A program made the position numbers and the translations under genes. From Octopus sinensis (Eukaryota), in the NCBI RefSeq assembly GCF_006345805.1, contig NC_043024.1, forward strand, positions 18,600,001-18,664,000: a stretch of 64,000 nucleotides of DNA, in the 5' to 3' direction. Position 1 is the first letter of the stretch. The number at the start of each line of letters is the position of its first letter. Positions 1 to 12,754 of the stretch are shown here, in pieces. The notes beneath the pieces are model-generated. The model saw only the letters and a program-made list of their open reading frames with translations. It was not told the DNA's origin and did not search any database.

Positions 1-59
1 AGGATGTGTGGCATTCGATCATATAATAATATAAATAATATATAAATATATGCATATAT

Positions 60-320
60 ACATACATATATGTACATACCTACATATATATGTATATATA
101 CATGCGTATATGGGTACAGGACATCAAAATAACGTTGAACACAATGAGAAATGAAAACTTAAAAACAAAAACATAGAAACGAACTTTTTTTCAAACAACG
201 ACAAAAAAAGCCAGTGAAACAAGACATACAACACAAGGAATATTCCCCTTCTTCAGTTGTCCCTGTTTCATTTACTCCTCGTTCCGAAAGTAAGGACCAG
301 ACGCGAAACAGTCCTTCCCA
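60..320 (+). repeat. Dispersed non-coding repeat, second copy at ~19830-20090 (-)
   Basis: GGGTACAGGACA..GTTGAACACAATGAGAAA..TTCCCCTTCTTCAGT..GTTCCGAA aligns with the reverse complement of 19830-20090. Confidence 0.7.
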
Positions 321-372
321 CAAAGCAAATTATACACACCACCACACACACACACACACACACACACACCAT

Positions 373-410
<38 letters not shown>

Positions 411-484
411 ATATACACAGACATGACAGAGGTAATAGATACTCATAAAACATTATTTTATGTTTATTTTATTTTGAAAAGGCT

Positions 485-1085
485 TGTAGTGATCCTATAC
501 AACAGCGCGCGCGCGCAACGCCCTCTCGCGAATACACGAAGTCCGAAAGAGGGAATTTTGCTGACGTGGCCTTAGCTGACAGCCTTGCTGACGTGGCCTT
601 AGCAAGGGAGCGCGAGCCTTAACAAAGAGGCAAGGGAGCGTGAGCCTTAACAAAGAGGCAAGGGAGCGTAAAGCGTTGACCATTAGCGTCCGACAGACAG
701 CAGCAGGCATTTCACCAAAGCAGACGTTTAATTCGCTCTCTCTCCGGTTTTGATAGCAGCAGTCTTTTGGCCGAAGACATTTAACCTGAATTGTTGCAGA
801 CATCATCTTCTTCCTCCGGACGCCATTTTGACCCGTTCTGTTTTTTAGCGGCTGAACATTGTAAATATTACAATCGATTAACTTTCAGCCTTGCGCGCCC
901 AGAACCAAGGACATCAGATATACCACTGATTTCTCACCGGTATAAACCAATAAAGTATATCTATTTTTTACGTCTGCGTTTTGTGTTTCTTTGACTGGTA
1001 GAGTCTGGATATAAAAGCAACGGAAAGTGATTGCACCAACTTGCACCCCAAAAGTGCAAGAGGAGATATTCACATATTCCTTACA
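485..1085 (+). mobile_element. Solo LTR, probably Gypsy-type (601 bp)
   Basis: Starts TGTAG, ends TTACA; flanked by 4-bp direct repeat GGCT (481-484, 1086-1089); GC-rich relative to flanks; internal short tandem repeats; AATAAA near 948. Confidence 0.8.
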
Positions 1086-1174
1086 GGCTTATATTTTATA
1101 TTAACTTACATTTATATGTTTCAGGTCCTACATGTGATTGTTTAATTGTGCCACATAGTTTCAATTGTGCCACA

Positions 1175-1690
1175 TGCCTTGAAACTATCCAAATTTCAAA
1201 GAGGCCGTATTTTGGGTCAATCTTCAGATTGACCCACAATATGGTGGACTTAATGTAAAATCGCAGAAAGCCTTGGGATCCTGCTTTCTACAGTTAATAG
1301 AGTGACTGTGCAATTCACCAGAAAGGGGAAGGAGTTCACATCACCCCAGTTAGGTCGACCAGGGCCCTCCGACAGGATCCTTTGCTTTGTTGAGAGAAAT
1401 GTGGAGGATAGTCCTCATTGCAAGGCCTCTCTGACAAGGCAGAACAAGTTGATGTCTGTCCCAGAACAGCTGTCAAGGATCTCCACAAACTTGGCTACTC
1501 TAGCAGAGCAGCAAGAAGGAAGCCACTTCTTCAACCATCCAATATTCCCGCACAAAGAACTTATGGGTGTATTCCACAATTTGAACTGTTGCATCCACTC
1601 TGTGCCAAACAAATTTACTGTACTTTTTAGCACATATACTTTTGCCGTTTCATTTGGACCCAAACTGTTACAATACACACAAATTCCCTA
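1175..1690 (+). pseudogene. Tc1-like transposase N-terminal fragment
   Basis: LSKFQRGRILG at ~1186 (Tc1 paired-like start) and [23 protein letters not shown] in ORF 1418-1630; broken by stops and frameshifts. Confidence 0.7.
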
Positions 1691-1922
1691 ACAAAATATA
1701 ATCTTTTACCCATAAACACCATCTGGTACTTTTGTAGATTTACTGAATTTTGGCTTATCGATATTCTTCCAAGTTTCTTCATTCACAATGGTAATATCAC
1801 TTCCAATGTTGAACTGCATTTTTACTCTTATATTTTTAATTTTCACATTTACGAATTTCCTCTTTGTCACATTGCCATTTTCTTTCGACGACATCTTTAC
1901 TCTTTTTTCTTTGTTCCAACGT

Positions 1923-2095
1923 TTACTCTTTTACTTGTTTCAGTCATTTGACTGTGGCCATACTGGAGCACCGCATTTTAATCGACAACTCGACCCCGGG
2001 ACTTATTCTTTTGTAAGCCCAGTACCTATTCTATCGGTCTCTTTTGCCGAACCGCTAAGTAACGGGGACGTAAACACACAACCACACCACACACG

Positions 2096-2130
<35 letters not shown>

Positions 2131-2310
2131 TATATATACATATATACGAGGCTTCTTTCAGTTTTCGTCTACCAAATCCACTCACAAGGCTTTGGTCAGC
2201 CCAAGGCTATAGTAGAAGACACTTGCCCAGGGTGCCACGCAGTGGGACTGAATCCAGAACCATGTGGTTGGTAGACAAGCTACTTACCACACAGCCACTT
2301 CTGCGCCTAT
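1923..2310 (-). mobile_element. tRNA-derived SINE, family A (OR-like), full length
   Basis: Head with A box TGGCTGTGTGG and B box GGATTCAGTCCC; CORE-like ACCCTGGGCAAGT; internal (TA)/(CA) microsatellite; (GTAAAAGA)n tail. Confidence 0.85.
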
Positions 2311-2878
2311 GTCATCTTAGTTTTACAGTGATCTTTTATGCGTCCAATTTCTTTTACAACGGAAGCATTCCACTTTCTTAAATGGCGAGTATTTTTTTTT
2401 CGCAGGTGTAGACCTCCACATGCAAAACATGGCTTTATTTCCTGATTCTTGTCCTGTTTCTACTGTATTTTAGTACACACTTGATTCCTCTGTTCTGCTT
2501 ATTTCACACTTATTTTCCTTGGGAGCAATCTTTATGTTCAATTGTCTTTGTGTCATGTCTTAAATTTATTATTCTTTCACACTCTTCTGGCACTTGTTAT
2601 AAAGTTACCGCTTGGTTTTGTTCCAACTTAACGAGAATTCTTGTTCTTACTTCTGCATCTTTCTCTGCAGTTAGTCTCTGAGTAAATATCAGGCACTTGA
2701 ACATATCTGGCATTAATTCATCCAGCTTGAACTTTTCACATTCCTTGTTATCTTTATCGGAATATGTGATGTAGTCCTTCTCCTCGTTGTTCGTTTCTAG
2801 GTTCAAACATTTACAACAAGTACTGAACAACGAGCTTTTATTGCTAAAAATTTTACACAATATGTCTATTGTATTCTT

Positions 2879-3268
2879 TTACTCTTTCCCTTGTTTCAGT
2901 CATTTGACTGCGGCCATGCTGGAGCACCGCCTTTAGTCGAGCAAATCGACCCCGGAACTTGGTCTTTGTAGCCCAGTACTTATTCTATTGGTCTTTTGCC
3001 GAACCGCTAAGTAACGGGGACATAAACACACCAGCATCGGTTGTCAAGCAATGCTAGGGGACAAACACAGACACACAAACACACATACACACACACATAT
3101 ATATATACATATATACGACAGGCTTCTTTCAGTTTTCGTCTACCAAATCCACTCACAAGGCATTGGTTGGCCCGGGGCTATAGCAGAAGACACTTGCCCA
3201 AGATGCCACGCAGTGGGACTGAACCCGGAATCATGTGGTTGGTTAGCAAGCTACTTACCACTCAGCCA
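2879..3268 (-). mobile_element. SINE family A
   Basis: End-to-end alignment with 1923-2310. Confidence 0.85.
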
Positions 3269-3544
3269 TGTATCTTTAAGTTTATGTCAGAAGGTTTTTG
3301 TAATTGTTGTAATGCTCATGTTCTCCTGCTGCCAGTTTTCTTAGGATTAGACAAATTTTCATATCGTCGTCCCAATCTTTGCACTCTTTATTGAAGATTT
3401 ATTAGTATCTTCTGTAGTATGTCTCAAAGGTAACTCTCCCATCTGGCTCGTACGTAAACTACCCATCTACGATAGAGGCATAAAATGAGGGAGGGAAGTT
3501 GTAACAGCAGTAGGTATTGAAAGATGTATAAATGGATTTTAATA

Positions 3545-3795
3545 TCAATATGATTGCAAAGTTTCTTTGTAGACGATATTTTGTGTGTGGTCGACACTAA
3601 TTTTCAAATTACTGGAGTCTGTTGCTCTACTCATACCAACGTATAACTGGCCGTGTGTAAACATCGGATTTGGTAAATGTACACCTTACACGAGCTAAAG
3701 TTTGGACCTGTGCTTTGTTTGCTGTGAATGAGAATACCAGTTTTATAGGAAACTGCACTTGTCTAGATTTTCGACGAGCTAAAGTGTTCCTTATC
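3545..3795 (-). pseudogene. Helitron PIF1-like helicase C-terminal fragment
   Basis: QFPIKLVFSFTANKAQ.QTL and FTHGQLYVGMSRAT..NLK..NIVYKETL motifs, with a frameshift. Confidence 0.75.
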
Positions 3796-3798
3796 TGT

Positions 3799-4183
3799 GG
3801 AAGCACTCCGTCGGTTACGACGACGAGGGTTCCGGTTGATCCGAATCAACGGAACAGCCTGCTCGTGAAATTAACGTGTAAGTGGCTGAGCACTCCACAG
3901 ACACGTGTACCCTTAACGTAGTTCTCGGGGATATTCAGCGTGACACAGAGAGTGACAAGGCCGGCCCCTTGAAATACAGGTACAACAGAAACAGGAAGTA
4001 AGAGTGAGAGAAAGTTGTGGTGAAAGAGTACAGCAGGGATCACCACCATCCCCTGATGGAGACTCGTGGAGCTTTAGGTGTTTTCGCTCAATAAACACTC
4101 ACAACGCCCGGTCTGGGAATCGAAACCGCGATCCTATGACCGCGAGTCCGCTGCCCTAACCACTGGGCCAATGCGCCTCCACT
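3799..4183 (-). mobile_element. tRNA-derived SINE, family D, full length with TSD
   Basis: Head GGAGGCGCATTGGCCCAGTGGTTAGGGCAGCGGACTCGCG..GGTTTCGATTCCC (A and B boxes); 10-bp TSD CCTTATCTGT at 3789-3798 and 4184-4193; partial copy at ~14711-14870 (+). Confidence 0.85.
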
Positions 4184-4409
4184 CCTTATCTGTACCGAAG
4201 CCCTCACTTGAGGATTTCTCTGCGTTATTTGGTGAGCCAGCGTATCCCTGTTCTGTTCTGACATTCTCTCTTCTGTATCACAGCGAATTCTATGAGCTTC
4301 CGTATCCTTATTCTATTGAGCTTGGCTGTATTCACTGTTAGATTCTCTCTTGTGTTTTATAGCGGCAGCTTTCTTGATAGTCCTACCAATTCCTGATTTC
4401 CGTTTCCAG

Positions 4410-4594
4410 GTCATAATGGCGTGGGACAAAGGAAAATTTAATAAAGCATTACACAGCTTTATGCATACAAACGTTATTAACAAAGTTCGTAGTAACCATA
4501 CACCGATTAAAGATGAGCCAAAACCATCACAATCATTCGTTAATAAAGCAATGCTAAACAAAAACTTTCTTAAATGGTGTAATTCAGTGGAAAA
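4410..4594 (+). CDS. Candidate host coding exon (MAWDKGKFNKALHSFMH...FLKWCNSVEK), product unknown
   Basis: Acceptor TTCCGTTTCCAG, donor AA|GTAAGT; ATG at 4416 in ataATGG context; 59 codons of non-repetitive sequence with no stop. No homology recognised. Confidence 0.45.
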
Positions 4595-5180
4595 GTAAGT
4601 GGATCTACTTTCCTTTGCTTCTTTTATTAGGAGTAATCTTCCCGTAATTTTTATTTACTTTTTATAAATCCGTAAAGTGAAAAATTACCCTCAATAGCCA
4701 TTAAATAATCATACTTTTTCAATTTTGTTTTCACTAAAAACCTGCCTGATTATCTCATTGGTAATCTCGAAAAATATCGTGACCACTGGTCCAGCCGTTT
4801 CACTGTGAAGACAGTACAGACAGAAAAACAGACGGACATAACGCCCAATAGAGTATGATTCTATTATATCCTTATAAAAGATGTTATATGAATGGAAAAT
4901 ATAGTCCTTGGTATATCTTTACAGCTGTTTCAAACATTCCATGGTTGGTTGATGTAAAAGCGTGTAATTTTATTGTGCAAACAGGTCTACATATTGATGC
5001 AATTATACACATAAAAAAAGTAGAAATTATTAGCTACATGTTTTTATATTTTACTTGTTTCGGGAGAGTATGACTTGGAAAGGATTGACCCCACCATTTA
5101 TCTTTGCTTAAAATTTATCAGTTATGCTATTGGTCTCTTTTTTACTTTACATAAACAAGCCACACACACAAAGACACACA

Positions 5181-5287
<107 letters not shown>

Positions 5288-5427
5288 ATCACGTGACCGA
5301 CCAGGCTATCAGATGTTGCTACACATCGCTGGTCACAATGCGTTCGCATTGTTTTAGCCTTCGAATGACGCCACCCCGCTGTCTAAGCGAGCAGGCCATA
5401 TTATATATATATATACCCACACACATA

Positions 5428-6617
5428 TGAGGGGTGTTCGTTAAAGATTTCCCCTCACCCACTTTTGGTTATTGCAGGAAACCGAAATTATATAGGTATA
5501 ATTATACATTGTAAATTCCATCTTTCTTCTAGTATTCGCTTGTTTTTTACGGCTGCTGAAGTGGACTAAGGTGTTATTATGAAGGCAATTGAATGCAGAT
5601 CAGTGATCAGGTTCTTATACTTGAAAGGTCATACACCAAAAGAGACATTCGATGAGATAAAAGAAGTTTATAGCGATGATGCACCATCATTCGATGTAGT
5701 CAAAAACTGGCATCGCCAGTTCAAATGTGGTCGGACATCGGTGGAAACTGCTCCTATGCCTGGATGACCACATTCCACCATTGATGATGATACCATCTAT
5801 AAAGTGGAAGCTGCCATTTTAGAGGATCGCCATATAACTGTTCAGCTACTAACCCAAGAAGTGAAGATAGTGTCAGGTTCGTGCAAAAAATCATTGACAA
5901 CCATTTTCACATGTGGATGCTCACACTTTTTCAGAAGCAGGAACGAATCAGTTGCTCCCAGGCTCTTTGTGCAATGTGTCAAGAAAACAAGGAGAATTTT
6001 TACAGCAGACTTATCACACGGGATGAAACATGGCTCTAACCCTATGATCCTGAGACTAAAGTCCAGTAGAAGCAATGGAAGCACGATAACTCACCACTTC
6101 CAAAGAAGGCTCGTGTCCAACCCTCAGCAGGCAAGGTGATGCTCACAGTCTTTTGGAACCAGCGTGGAGTAGTGATGATAGATTTTCTGGCAAAGGGCAC
6201 CAAAATTAATGGACAAATTTATGATTCTCTGCTAGAGAAATTGTGTGATACCATCATACCAAAGAGGCATGGCATGCTGACCAAAGGAGTCTATCTCCTC
6301 CGAAACAACGCCCTTGTTCAAAATGTACATGTCTCCCCAGATGTAAGCAAACTCCTGCGAATATGAAATCCTTCCTCCTCTCCTTACTCTCCCGACCTCG
6401 CACCATCTGACTTCCACCTCTTTCCAGTCATGAAGTCTTTTTTGAAAGGAAAGCACTTTTCGAATGATGATGAACTTATTTCCGATGTAAGGTCTTGGCT
6501 CCAGATGCAACCAGCTGGCTTCCACAAACGAGGTCTTCACACTGATAATATGCCAAATTTCGTTTATCTCAGTTCTTGGGAAGTGGGCCAGGGGAAATCT
6601 TTAATGAACACCCCTCG
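5428..6617 (+). mobile_element. mariner transposon with disrupted transposase
   Basis: ~34-bp TIRs (TGAGGGGTGTTCGTTAAAGATTTCCCC / GGGGAAATCTTTAATGAACACCCCTCG), TA on the left. Fragments IRFLYLKG..WHRQFK.G, DETW-equivalent, MLTVFW, YSPDLAPSDFHLF; several stops and frameshifts. Confidence 0.92.
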
Positions 6618-6636
6618 TGTATGTGATATAGTGTGG

Positions 6637-6670
<34 letters not shown>

Positions 6671-6939
6671 CGTGTGTGTGTGTGTAATTCTTTGTCGGTC
6701 TGTTCCCTATGCATTATCAAATGGCTCGACCAAATCAAATCAAATTTTACAAGGTAATAGTATTACACCCCGCGAGTCTCAACGTAAGTTTTCCCATTTG
6801 CATTAAAACAATATAACATTTTATAGATATAATCTTTCTATACTCATCTATAGTAAAGGACATTTTATACCACGACGATGAGGACGTCACATTCTGTATA
6901 TGAGTGCGTATGTGTCTGTGAGTGTGTGTTTCTGCATTA

Positions 6940-7335
6940 GCTACGTTACTAAACACACATATCTACACATGCATATACATATGTGACGACTTTCAAAAAC
7001 AATGAGGTGAAAAGCTGTGTGTCTATTTTACTATATGTATGTATATGTGTGTGAGTGTATGAGTGTGTGTTTTCCGCGTTAGGTACGTTATTAAGCATAC
7101 ACACACATCTACACATATATATACATATGTGACGACTGACATATGTGAATGTATGACTGTGTGTGTGTCTTAGTATATGTATGTGACTGTATGTGAGAGT
7201 GTATGTGTGGTGTGTATGTGCGATAATTTTTATTTTCATTTGGATTAAAACACACACATACATATACATGTGTGACGACTGACAAAAGCAATGAGGTGAA
7301 AAGCTGTGTGTATCTGTCTTATTATATGTATATTG
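6940..7335 (+). repeat. Degenerate local tandem repeat, about 3 units
   Basis: ACATATGTGACGACT..(AATGAGGTGAAAAGCTGTGTGT) recurs near 6975, 7125 and 7270. Confidence 0.65.
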
Positions 7336-7449
7336 CTGTTATCACATGTTGTATATCAATATGTATGTGCCTGTGTGTGTGTGTGTGTGCTTGCACGTTC
7401 GTTAGGAACCTTATTAAACACTCACACATCTACACTAAAGCTGCGTGCT

Positions 7450-7800
7450 CCCTTATGTCGCCCGTTTAATGGAACTCAGTTGTTACTTCAATGAATTCCC
7501 ATGTCCTGGAGGCAACAATCATAACAGGTAGTCACAAAGGAGAAAATGTCTTTATTCCCAAAACTCCTCTCATACCCACAGATGTTCCATTTGAATATAA
7601 ACTTCCAGTCAAATTAAGTTTTGCTATTTCAATCAATAAATCTCAGAGTCAATCCCTCAAAGTAATTGGAATTGATCTTTCTACTACATGCTTCTCCCAC
7701 AGCCAAATCTATGTTGCTTTCTCATGAGTTGGACGCAGTGACAGTTTATTCATTTGGACGCCAACAAAAAATTACACAATGAATATTATTTTACCCTGGG
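7450..7800 (+). pseudogene. Helitron PIF1-like helicase fragment
   Basis: FNGTQL..HVLEATIITG..GENVFIPKTPLIP..PVKLSFAISINKSQSQSL..GIDL...FSHSQIYVAFS. Confidence 0.85.
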
Positions 7801-7974
7801 GTGCTTCAAGATTGACAGATTTTCAGTTCTAAATTCGATTATCATTACAATTTTAATTAAAAAAATATAATATAGATATTAAAAAAAAAATTATGAGAAA
7901 AATATCTCCACGTTTATTGTTTGCTAATCTGAATAAGAATAGCAGTAACCAGAGCAATGCCGGGCCATTCAGGT

Positions 7975-8184
7975 AATATATGAAGAATATATATATATAT
8001 ATATATATTATATAGTATATGTATATATATTATATATATATTATATATATATATATATATGTATATTATATATATAATATATATATATGTATATATATAT
8101 AGATATTATATATATATATATAATATATGTATATATATATATAATATATATATATATGTAATGTATATATATTATATTATATAT

Positions 8185-8216
<32 letters not shown>

Positions 8217-8233
8217 ATATATATATATAGTAT

Positions 8234-8280
<47 letters not shown>

Positions 8281-8393
8281 TATGTATATATATATATATG
8301 TATATGTATATATGTATATATATATATGTATATATATATATGTATATATATATGTATATAATATGTATATATATATATGTATATATATATATG

Positions 8394-8442
<49 letters not shown>

Positions 8443-8443
8443 G

Positions 8444-8483
<40 letters not shown>

Positions 8484-8548
8484 TGTATGTATATATAATG
8501 TATATATATATATGTTATATATATATATGTATATATATATATATTATA

Positions 8549-8594
<46 letters not shown>

Positions 8595-8783
8595 TATATT
8601 TTTTTTCCTGAAGAGAAAGCCGCAATATGGTACCCTTATTTAAACAGAATTTGGAAATTGTGGCCTTCGAAACATGTGTAGAATGTAATAAAAGGTATTC
8701 TGTATAATCTTCGTTCAACTCCATTTATTCCATTCACTAATAATATATATATATGTATATATATAATGTATATATTATATATA

Positions 8784-8831
<48 letters not shown>

Positions 8832-8864
8832 TTATATGTATATATATATATGTATATATATATA

Positions 8865-8915
<51 letters not shown>
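7975..8915. repeat. Long degenerate (TA)n/(TATG)n microsatellite
   Basis: Read directly; interrupted at ~8605-8740 by a non-microsatellite cassette. Confidence 0.95.
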
Positions 8916-8923
<8 letters not shown>

Positions 8924-9324
8924 AATCTAAATTTTAAATAATAAGGGTGAAAAATTGAATATTAATTTGATTAATATCAATTTAAAACCAGTGGTCTAGC
9001 ATATTAAAATCTGAAGATTCAGAAAAATTATATTACATACATATAAGAGGGCTGACCACTAAGTGGACATCCCTTATGCTAGAAGTCGACCCCCTATGGT
9101 TTAATATTAAGAAAGGAATGTTCTCAAGAACATTCAGGTATGTGAATCATCGATGTCCATCACTCTTCTATGGGATTGGAAGTGAGTTGTCTCACCTGTC
9201 CATGGCGTTCAGGTATTTTATCACCTGGTGCTTTGAGAGAGTAATCTCCCCCATGCCAATTTGCAGCCTACGGGTAAAAAAAAATGATTCATAAACTTCA
9301 AGTATATGTGATTGCTTTGAGCTG

Positions 9325-9575
9325 GTCATCATCATCATCATCATCGTTTAACGTCCGCTTTCCATGCTAGAATAGGTTGGACGGTTCCACTGAGAAGCCA
9401 GGAGGCTGCACCAGGCTCCAGTCTGATCTGGCAGTGTTTCTATAGCTGGATACCCTTCCTAACGCCAACCACTCCGTGAGTGTAGTGGGTGCATTTTATG
9501 TGCCACCGGCACAGGTGCCAGGTGAGGCTGGCAACGGCCACAATTGGTTGGTGCTTTTTACGTTCCACAGGCACC
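9325..9575 (-). mobile_element. Family C element (modular body, RTE-like 3' end, (GAT)n tail)
   Basis: GGTTGGCGTTAGGAAGGG..AACC..GCATGGAAAGCGGACGTTAAACGATGATGATG on the minus strand. Confidence 0.75.
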
Positions 9576-9830
9576 TTGTATCTTATTGTCTTTTCCCTGA
9601 AGTGAGCTCACTGAATAAGACTTGACATGGGACTTGAACCTTGACTCTTCCTTTCATGTTACCTGTATTATGTTGTAGGTTTTTGCATTTTCGATCTTGT
9701 AATTGCTTACCTTTAGAATAACATTATTAGAAAGGTGTGAGTGACCAGATTTGGGCCAATTTTAGCATAAAACAGATAGAATATTTGAGCCGGATATGGT
9801 CAGGTTAAATGCTAAACAGTTAAAATGATT

Positions 9831-10250
9831 ACTCTCTTTCACTCTTTTACTTGTTTCAGTCCTTTGACTGCAGCCATGCTGGAGCACCGCCTTTAGTCGA
9901 ACAAATCGACCCCGGGACTTATTGTTTGTAAGCCCAGTACTTATTCTATCGGTCTCTTTTGCCGAACCGCTAAGTGATGGCGACGTAAACACACCAGCAT
10001 CGGTTGTCAAGCGATGCTAGGGGGACAAACACATCAAACAAACATATACACACACACACATATATATATATATATACATATATACGACGGGCTTCTTTCA
10101 GTTTCCATCTACCAAATCCACCCACAAGGCTTTGGTCGGCCTGAGGCTATAGTAGAAGACACTTGCCCAAGATGCCACGCAGTGGGACTGAACCCGGAAC
10201 CGTGTGGTTTGTAAGCAAGCTACTTACCACACAGCCACTCCTGCGCCTAT
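9831..10250 (-). mobile_element. SINE family A, full length
   Basis: End-to-end alignment; intact head ATAGGCGCAGGAGTGGCTGTGTGG. Confidence 0.85.
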
Positions 10251-10312
10251 TATTTCGTTTTGGGATTTGGTTTGCAAGATTCTTTATATGACTTCGTGTG
10301 TTGAAGCATATT

Positions 10313-10480
10313 CTGTTGTGTCTGGGGAGAGTAATTTTCTTTTTTGCATATTGAAAAGGTTGCAAGACGCAACGAAAATTTTAGGACAATAAAAAACATA
10401 AGAAAAAAGTGGAAATTTTACCGGTGAGTGTGTTACATAATAAGGCACGAAAAGAAAATGACTCTCCCCATACGCAACAG
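10313..10480. mobile_element. MITE, related copy at ~23855-23995
   Basis: TIRs CTGTTGTGTCTGGGGAGAGTAATTTTC / GAAAATGACTCTCCCCATACGCAACAG; interior matches the reverse complement of 23855-23995. Confidence 0.7.
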
Positions 10481-10934
10481 TTAAAATGATGTAAATTGAA
10501 ATCTTCCATCTAAATTTGGCACTAATTTGTATTCCAAACACAAGTTAATATTGACATGTTATTTTGCCAAATTCTTCATTATTTTGAAAATTAATTCAAA
10601 TAAAGGTTATGTGTTTCAATAGAAATATGGTAAAAAAAGAGTTAGCCTTTTGGTAGCAAATTGCCTTAAACTGTCTCTGGGTCTGTGATAGAAATTCTTT
10701 GTATTAAAGTGATCCAAACTAAACCTTTCATCAAAATTTGATATTAATTTATATTCCAAATAACAGCTTAATATCGACATGGTTACTTTGTCAATTTTTC
10801 ATTATTTTCAAAATTAATTGAAATAAAGATTATGTATTCCAACAGGAACATGGTAACACAAGGGTTAACTGTTTTGATGCCAACTTGCCTGAGACTGTCT
10901 TTGGTTCTATGGAACAAATTCCTTGTTTTAAAGT

Positions 10935-11838
10935 TGTTGTTCTTAGTCTTCATAAATGACTTGCCCGACGACCTCACGCAACACACCCTTCTATTTGCCG
11001 ACGATATCAAACTGGTCGCTCCTCGCGGTAATATAGAGGATCTTCGTCGATGCCTCCACCAAATTTGGAAGTGGTCTAACAATTGGGACCTGTGTCTGAA
11101 CGTGTCAAAGTGCTGTCATCTGCCTGTCGGCTCTACTCCTGCAACTCAACTTGATTTCGAGCCGGGTCGTCTGCTGCTGGAGAGGACCGATCAGGTAAAG
11201 GACCTGAGTATCTTGGTGGATTCCTCCTTTTCGCCTTCGGCCCAGTGCGTCCAATCTGCCAACAAAGCACGTGGAATTCTGTTCTTGATTCGACGGTCAT
11301 TCGGAATGCTCACAGCAGCCATATTCCTACCACTCTATGTCACGCTGCCTCAAAGACATACAGCATCTCGAAAGAGTCCAGAAGCTGGCTACCCGCATGG
11401 TTCATGGTCTCAAAAATTTGTCCTACGAAGAAAGGCTGAGGACGCTCGACCTTTATTCTCTTGAAAAACGCCGCCGCCATGGTGATCTCATTCTCGCCCA
11501 CAACATCATAAGCGGAAAGTGTAACCTCTCGAAAGAGCTGTTCTTCACTCCTGCTCCAGAGCGTCGGCTGCGGGGTCATTCCGAAAAGCTCTACCTGCGA
11601 CGATTTCATGTCAATCGAAGGAGAGGAGCTTTCTCCGTCCGGGTTGCGGATCCGTGGAACAAGCTGCCAGACGAGATGGTGAAGATGCTGACGACCGCTT
11701 ATTTCAAAGCCTCCCTTGACCTCAAGTGGCCTGAACTCTTTACATGAACACCACCCTGTACTTAACTCCATGTCCCCCTACATGGCCTTGCTATTTGCTT
11801 TTGAGCCAAATTAACTAACTAACTAACTAACTAACTAA
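10935..11838 (+). mobile_element. 5'-truncated CR1-type LINE (RT C-terminus, 3' UTR, (TAAC)n tail)
   Basis: LVFINDLP..LLFADDIKL..W.L.LNVSKC..VKDL.I.VD..LERVQKLATRMV.GLKNLSYEERLR.LDLYSLEKRR..GDLI; internal deletion and frameshift near 11345; (TAAC)n at ~11812-11838. Confidence 0.9.
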
Positions 11839-12044
11839 AACCAAACCTTCTATTTAAGTTTTGTATAATATTCATGTAGGTGGAAGTATGGCCGTGTGTT
11901 AAGAAGCTTGTTTCCCACCCACATGGCTCTGGGTTCAGTGTCACAGCGTGGCACCTTGAGCAACTGTCTTCTACTTTATCCTCAGGCCAACCAAAGCCTT
12001 GAGAGTGAATTTGGTAGACAGAAACTGAAAGAAGCCCATTGCAC

Positions 12045-12290
12045 ACACAATTGTGGTTTCAATTCCTAGGCCAGGTGAAACACCGTGTTCTTGAGCAAGA
12101 CACTTCATCTCATGTTGTTCTGTGATCCCTTCGACACCTTATGTGTGTTACACTCTGCACCTGTTTAGACAACATAGATTTGATGGAGAGGGTGAGATTA
12201 TGTGTGGCACAAACATTTGATCACTATAAACAAACCATTTTTGCAGGTCGTTCAACAACAGCTGAACTTTTGATGAGAGAATCCATCATA
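12045..12290 (+). mobile_element. Degenerate CORE-like SINE, related to 55500-55670 (-)
   Basis: B-box-like GGTTTCAATTCC followed by GTGTTCTTGAGCAAGACACTT; the same motif occurs reversed at ~55575-55600. Confidence 0.55.
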
Positions 12291-12719
12291 TGTATTAAAA
12301 AAAAAATGAATTGGGTGGCTAATTCACTGGTGTAATGGTTAACACACATAGTCGTATTAACAAAGGGATGTGGGTTCGATTCTCATGCAGTTTGGAAAGC
12401 CTACTTTTTCTGCTGAGAGATTATATGCCCCATTATTAGACTATTTTCCTTAGTCATTGCAGGGTGATCGCTATAAGCTTTAAGCTTACATAAATACCAT
12501 CATTATTATTATTTACAGGATTGTAAAACTCAGCTCTGTATAACAAAACCATTCACACATATATATCATCATCATCATCATCGTCGTTGTCGTTTAACGT
12601 CCGCTTTCCATGCTAACATGGGTTGGACGGTTTGACTGTGGGCTGGCGAACCAGATGGCTGCACCAGGCTCCAGTCTTGATCTGGCAGAGTTTCTACAGA
12701 TGGATGCCCTTCCTAACGC

Positions 12720-12754
<35 letters not shown>

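Larger units (their letters stand above)
1695..3450 (-). pseudogene. Ty3/Gypsy gag-protease relic, interrupted by two SINEs
   Basis: Minus-strand pieces: TFETYYRRY..DWDDDMKICLILRKL (gag start, ~3300-3450); KFKLDELMPDMFKCLIFTQRLTAEKDAEVRTRIL (2597-2860); Cys/His knuckle-like segment ~2320-2420; VKMQFNIGSDITIVNEETWK (decayed D-T-G protease, 1706-1894). Confidence 0.7.

Noticed and set aside
8267-8941. Many IY/YI/CV-repeat ORFs here and at 15446-16676, 42183-43035 and 51057-54268
   Set aside because: Translations of (TA)n, (CA)n and (TG)n microsatellites, which lack stops by composition. Only the C-terminal end of 42183-42839 is real (PLE).
12322-12393. tRNA-like sequence with A box TGGTGTAATGG and B box GGTTCGATTC
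   Set aside because: Acceptor and anticodon stems do not pair; at best a tRNA or SINE-head relic. The same applies to the B-box fragment at ~14125-14175.
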